From assembly GCF_040938485.1 (NCBI RefSeq), contig NW_027271183.1, forward strand, positions 186,001-250,000: a stretch of DNA of 64,000 nucleotides. Direction: 5' to 3'. Made by a program: the position numbers and the translations under genes. Under the pieces are notes generated by a model. It ran no database searches, was not told the origin of the DNA, and saw only the letters and a program-made list of their open reading frames with translations. The stretch comes from Diadema antillarum. Taxonomy: Eukaryota. Positions 58,622 to 64,000 of this stretch are shown here, in pieces (the stretch's first letter is position 1; each line of letters opens with the position of its first letter).

Positions 58622-61600
58622 ATGAATGTAATCATGGCAGGAGCACAGCAAGTATTTGAGACGCAGCCCCAGCAGTCCAAGTTTGTCTACGTGTCGGACC
58701 GACACCCGAAGGACACCCTGGAGATGACGAACATACTGCGGAAACAGCGCGAACTCTGCGACGTTGTGATCAACGTCAACGACATGAAGATTTATGCCCA
58801 CCGGATAATTCTCTCAGCTTGCAGCCCGTACTTTCGTGCAATGTTCACGGGGGAACTGGCCGAGAGCAGGCAGACGGAGGTGACAATAAGGGACATTGAC
58901 GAGCGTGCCATGGAGGCACTCGTGGACTTTGCGTACACGTCCACCGTGACAGTGGAGGAGAGCAATGTACAGACTCTATTGCCGGCCGCATGCCTCCTGC
59001 AGCTGTCCGAGATCCAGGAGGCGTGCTGCGAATTTCTGAAGCGCCAACTCGATCCATCCAACTGTCTCGGCATCAGGGCCTTTGCCGACACGCATGCCTG
59101 CCGAGATCTGCTCAGGGTTGCAGACAAGTTCACCCAGCACAAATTTCTCCAGGTGCGTATGAATGTTATTCCCCTCTGCACGTAATATAGTGAACATGAA
59201 GTTTACAATGCGAAGTAGATTGTACTGAAAAACAGTGTGAAATAAATGGTAAACATTAGCACCTGATTGTTTGTCAGATCAAAGTATTTACCAGTGTTGA
59301 AGCACATGTTGACAATGAGGAATAGTTTCCAAATTATCAAAATGAGAGGTAATAAGACAGACATGTTTTTATCTAAAATAAACTTCAATCTTCTCATCTT
59401 GGTCAATATGATAGGTTTCTAGTAAGTGTCTGACAAATGCAGTGAAGAGTAGATTGCTGTATCTACAGTTGTCCTCTTTACACTTCAGTTTGCTATTCAC
59501 ACATGACAACACATTCCTAACAGTCCAATATACATCATGCCAAGTACAGGATATTGGTGTCTTTCACTGTCACCTTTGTAGATAAGCACCATACTTTAAA
59601 GGTCGAAACTGATCACAAGATGTTTCAGCTGTTGATACAAGGGGCCCGTTGCATAAAAGTTCAAATTATGGTAACTTTGCCATCCAGTGGTAACTACCAT
59701 TGTAACAATACTCAACAGCCAATCAAAATCAAGAATTCCATGGAAGTTACCATTGGATGGCAAAGTTACCATAATTGTAACTTTTATGCAACGGGCCCCA
59801 GATATTGTGCCAACTTTTGTGACCAGACTCAGCAAAGGATTTGAAATTGACAGCATGTGCAATGTACATTTTATTATCATTTTCTTTTTCCTGCATGGCA
59901 CGAAGGTGATGGAGAGTGAGGAGTTCATGCTCCTGCCAGTCAACCAACTCATGGAGATCATCTCCAGCGACGAGCTCAACGTCCACAGCGAGGAGCAAGT
60001 GTACAACGCCATCATCTCCTGGGTCAAGTACAGCATCCCAGACAGGAGGGCGCACCTAGCAGAGGTCTGTTTGTTTGTTTGTTTGTTTGTTTGTTTAATT
60101 GATTAAGCCACAGTAAGAGCTTGCAATTAGCAGGAGACTTTTTACAGTGAAATTTTTTTTTTTGAAGATTTTTAAAGATTTATTTAATATTTTTACAAGA
60201 ATAAAAGAAAGTAACAGAAGTTAGACACAAAAGTGTAAAACATCAAAACTTTGGAGAACAAACAAATTTTCAGGATAAATATAAAAACAATAGATAAAAT
60301 GAAACGTCAAAGTTATATGATGTTAGTAGATTGACAATTGTGTATTACAGACAAATATTATTTTTTACTTCATGAGGGAGATGTGTGGCTTATCCGGGTT
60401 TCATGTTCTTGGTAAACGTTTGCATATTGGCAGTCAAATGTTCCAAGGTAGGTTACGGAATAGCTTTGAAGAGAAGTATTCACTACATAGATATAGGTAC
60501 ACAGTTACATTTTGTTCAAGATTTTGAGCAAGGCAATTTGACTTTAGGTGCTACAAAGACTAACAAGATTGCTGGAAATATTTGAAACTACTTTGTTTTC
60601 TCAACTTGGCATAAATTCAAACTCTCAATCTTCAAATTGCTTATTATTATCATCATCAAATTAACCCATCTCTCCAGGTGTTACAACATGTAAGACTGCC
60701 GCTCCTCAACCCCAAATTTCTGGTGGGTACGGTCAGCTCGGACCTGCTGATCCGCAGCGACGAGGCCTGCAGAGACCTGGTGGATGAGGCCAAGAACTAC
60801 CTACTCCTTCCCCAGGAGAGACCTCTCATGCAGGGCCCCAGGACAAGGCCACGCAAGCCGATACGATGTGGAGAGGTGCTCTTCGCAGGTACTACAATTT
60901 AGTCCTTTAATACTTTGATGAGTCTTAGTTTGAAGATGTTGAAATATATTGTTATCAGCCTATATTTTAGACATATGATTTGAATTTGAAGATGTCAAAT
61001 GTATTGTAATGAACCTATTTTTAGACATATGAAAATTTGTATATAATGCACCTTCATGATAAAGATTACTCCCAACAGGTAATAAACTTACCAACCTTTG
61101 ACAGACATAGCAACAATAAATGAATCCATCTGGAGAGAGAGAAGATAATTTTTGTCAGTGCAAATGTAAACACTTTGATGGAGACTGTATTGAATAAGAA
61201 CAAATCTGTTTATTCCTTTATTCCCATCCCCCTACCCCCTCCCCCCCCCCCCCCCAAAAAAAAGAGGGAAAATAATAGTTTGAGAAACGAATAACCCAAG
61301 ATCAGAATGTTTGATCTTGAAAAGATAAGTGTGGTGCTGTTCAACTTTATTGTGGCAGCCAGAGTTATGTATTCAGACAGGACATCAAACTCAAGTTATA
61401 CTTCTGTACCTTCCGGATAATGCTTTACTAATCATGTGCTATTGTTGTCAGATGAATGATACGATGGCTTACTTTGCTAGCTAAACCCGTTTAATGTAGA
61501 GGACACTGCATGTGTGACTAGTCATTCAAAGCATCCCTTTGCATGTTTCTTGTTTTATTTTTTGTGTTTTCCAGTTGGCGGCTGGTGTAGCGGTGATGCC

Positions 61601-62676
61601 ATTTCCAGCGTGGAGAGATTCGACCCCCAGAGCGGCGAGTGGCGTATGGTGGCGCCGATGTGCAAGAGGCGCTGCGGTGTGGGAATCGCCGTGCTCGACG
61701 ACCTTCTGTATGCCGTGGGTGGACATGACGGTGCATCCTACCTCAACAGCATAGAGAGGTACAGTAAATGATGCAATATCTTCTTTATGAGAGAATGTTC
61801 CCCTCTGTAGGCAAGCTTCAACCACTGTCTAAAGATTGCAAATCAAATCATATTTGGCTTGCTGAAGCTTATGTCAATTTACACCCATGAGAACTATTAG
61901 TGTTTCGTCCATTTTCTTCCAATATCTGTCAAGGCTTAGGCATTGCCCAGTTATTCCAAATTGAGATAAATGAAATTTGAATGTTAAATCGTATTCAACA
62001 GTGGCCAATAGATGATGAAGAATTGTGATGATTTAGTCACTGTATGCATCATCTGTAACTCTTCATTAACTCCACTTCTTTCCATTCAAACTATACAGCA
62101 GTCAGGTGCAAATAGGAGCTGCAAAAGTCATCATTCCTGTGTAGCATGTACTTATGTGCATTACACACTCAACTCAAGAGGGACTTCAATCTGTCCATCT
62201 GCTTTGCTCTCTGAATTTGTGATTTCAAGTCCGATTGTCGTTCAGTTCCGTGAATGCAGACTTTTTTGAATTCATTATTTTGTGTCCACCCAAATTGTTT
62301 GTATTGCTTTGGTATCATTTTGTTTACCAGCATAGTTTCCTTTGCCTGGGACTGTGCCTACAGTGAAACAAGTGTTCTAGTTAAGTCTGCAACCCATATA
62401 TTTCACGAACCTTTGTGAAGTCGATATATTGAAACCCACTCAGACCTACCATTGTTGGGAGGAAAATGATAGCTGTAACAAAGCAGCAAGAAACACAAAT
62501 TATCAGGGAGTGCCCTTTCTCGTTCAATACAGGTATGATCCCCAGACTAACCAGTGGAGTAGCGACGTCGCCCCCACCAGCACGTGTCGAACCAGTGTAG
62601 GCGTGGCGGTGCTGGATGGGTACATGTATGCCGTGGGAGGCCAGGATGGGGTGTCCTGTCTCAACATTGTGGAGAG
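58622..62676 (+). CDS. KLHL20: Kelch-like protein 20 (diablo homolog; BTB-BACK-Kelch), partial. Exons 58622-59152 (exon starts at acceptor 58610), 59906-60064, 60678-60888, 61575-61758, 62533-62676; continues beyond the window
   Basis: [112 protein letters not shown] and [21 protein letters not shown]. Phases are consistent. An upstream coding exon cannot be excluded. Confidence 0.96.
59641..59799. mobile_element. Near-palindromic MITE with ~60-bp TIRs, possibly PIF/Harbinger-like
   Basis: GGGGCCCGTTGCATAAAAGTT..AATTATGGTAACTTTGCCATCCA ... TGGATGGCAAAGTTACCATAATT..AACTTTTATGCAACGGGCCCC. Confidence 0.8.
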
Positions 62677-62735
62677 GTGAGAGGGTGTGCATAGGTTTGT
62701 GGGAGGGGGTAGCAAGCAGCTGGTGTGTCTTAATA

Positions 62736-63661
62736 CAGTACTCTCCGCGTAATCGGGTATCGCTTAAACGGGTACTCCCTTTAATTGGGTAGTGAATTCA
62801 AAATCAGTTCCAATGCACATAAAAATTACCTGATAATCAGGTTGCCTCTCTGCATAAACGGGTAAATAATTGTCTTCTAATCTTATTTCTACCCACATGT
62901 TATCGCAGATATAACACTAAGAAATCATGAATGTCAATTTTTCCACGGCTAATTGCATTCTCTGCTTAATTTGCAAAGAAGACTCATCATTCGGGGAGTG
63001 ATTAAACATGAAAACACACGTACAAGTACCGACTTGACACACGGAAACGAACATTACACGTGTAACTGACACTCACAATTGCATAGACAGACAAGAGTTG
63101 AACACACTTGCGCTCATCCCGTGCTCCGCAGCGACATTCACAATGCAATAACTTTGCAACGAGAATCAGGCCGTGCACCAGCTCCTAATTCCCCGGTCAC
63201 TTCTCGAAAAGTAACCCGACGTTCTACGTGACTAGTGCACGCAAAGAGACGTGTTCATTTCAGAAAACGCCTGCATGTTAGCGAAGAGCCTACAGTCAAA
63301 CGACAAAGTTTTCTGAAGACATATTTGTCCATAAAATGAGTGTAAATTATTGTTCGTGACTGAGCAAGTGTAAGTTATGTATGATGTGCCGTTTAGGCAT
63401 ACAGTGTAGGTGTTTGGTGCAGTGTAAAATACATGTTCACACACATTGTGTAAATTATTGTTCGTGACTGAGCAAGTGTAAGTTATGTATGATGTGCCGT
63501 TTAGGCATACAGTGTAGGTGTTTGGTGCAGTGTAAAATACATGTTCACACACATTGTGTGTGTCTATTGTGAGTGAGACGTGTTCTTCTGTTAATCGGGT
63601 ATCCGCTTAATCGGGTAAGAAACGCTCTGCTCGAGCCTACCCGATTATGCGGAGAGTACTG
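62736..63661. mobile_element. Tigger/pogo-like non-autonomous element, 926 bp, TA TSD
   Basis: TA|CAGTACTCTCCGCGTAATCGGGTA ... TACCCGATTATGCGGAGAGTACTG|TA, with subterminal TAAxCGGGTA repeats; contains a 108-bp tandem duplication. Confidence 0.85.
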
Positions 63662-64000
63662 TACTGGTGTTGGGGGGAGGGGAGGGGTCATTATCATAAT
63701 GCTGAGTAGATATCAGTCGCTGCAAGAATATATAAGGCTGAGAGGGCTATCACAGATAAAGCAGAGATGATGAGAAAACTTAATGGGAAACTCTAGAGTC
63801 TGTGTTCATGTTGACTTTGATAAAAGGAGTGAATTCAAGCAAACAATTGTTAAAGCTTGATCAGAAGTAGACAAAAAAAAGTTATGTAATTTCTGCTGGT
63901 TCTGAAATTTTTCTCACATTTCTCACATTTCTCACATTTGCATATTGAGATAAGACAGTGAGGTCATCACCATACAATTTTGCCGGATGTGTCAGTGCAC

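Noticed and set aside
63232-63552. 106-aa minus-strand ORF with a 36-aa repeat
   Set aside because: It is a translation of the 108-bp duplication within a non-autonomous transposon.

Overview
Eukaryotic genomic DNA, AT-rich, with spliceosomal introns and many transposon remnants. It is probably from an invertebrate deuterostome such as a sea urchin; this is inferred from the vertebrate-like proteins, the conserved intron positions and the repeat types. Five host genes can be assembled exon by exon with GT-AG sites and consistent phases: PSMB1 (+, 442-8606), COQ4 (-, 38264-30878), DNLZ (+, 41454-43366), LSM2 (-, 52569-47388) and KLHL20 (+, from 58622, continuing past the window end). COQ4/DNLZ and LSM2/KLHL20 are head-to-head pairs. 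Introns hold many MITEs (Tc1/mariner-like, Kolobok-like, Harbinger-like) and Helentron/pearl-type elements. Between the converging 3' ends of PSMB1 and COQ4 (about 13-30 kb) is a patchwork of broken coding fragments: Merlin, CMC/Transib-like, Myb/SANT, Gypsy gag, Kolobok, two LINE ORF1 pieces, an AcademH-type RecQ helicase and L2 RT. All the fragments I can recognise lie on the + strand, which suggests a candidate unistrand piRNA cluster. The same region holds a decayed tandem array of an unrecognised ~85-aa OB-fold-like ORF whose copies differ by many synonymous changes. The human orthologs, as I recall their positions, fall in MHC paralogon regions (PSMB1, at 6q27, is only MHC-linked). No rRNA, tRNA or CRISPR was seen. 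Family assignments come from motif recognition, not database searches.
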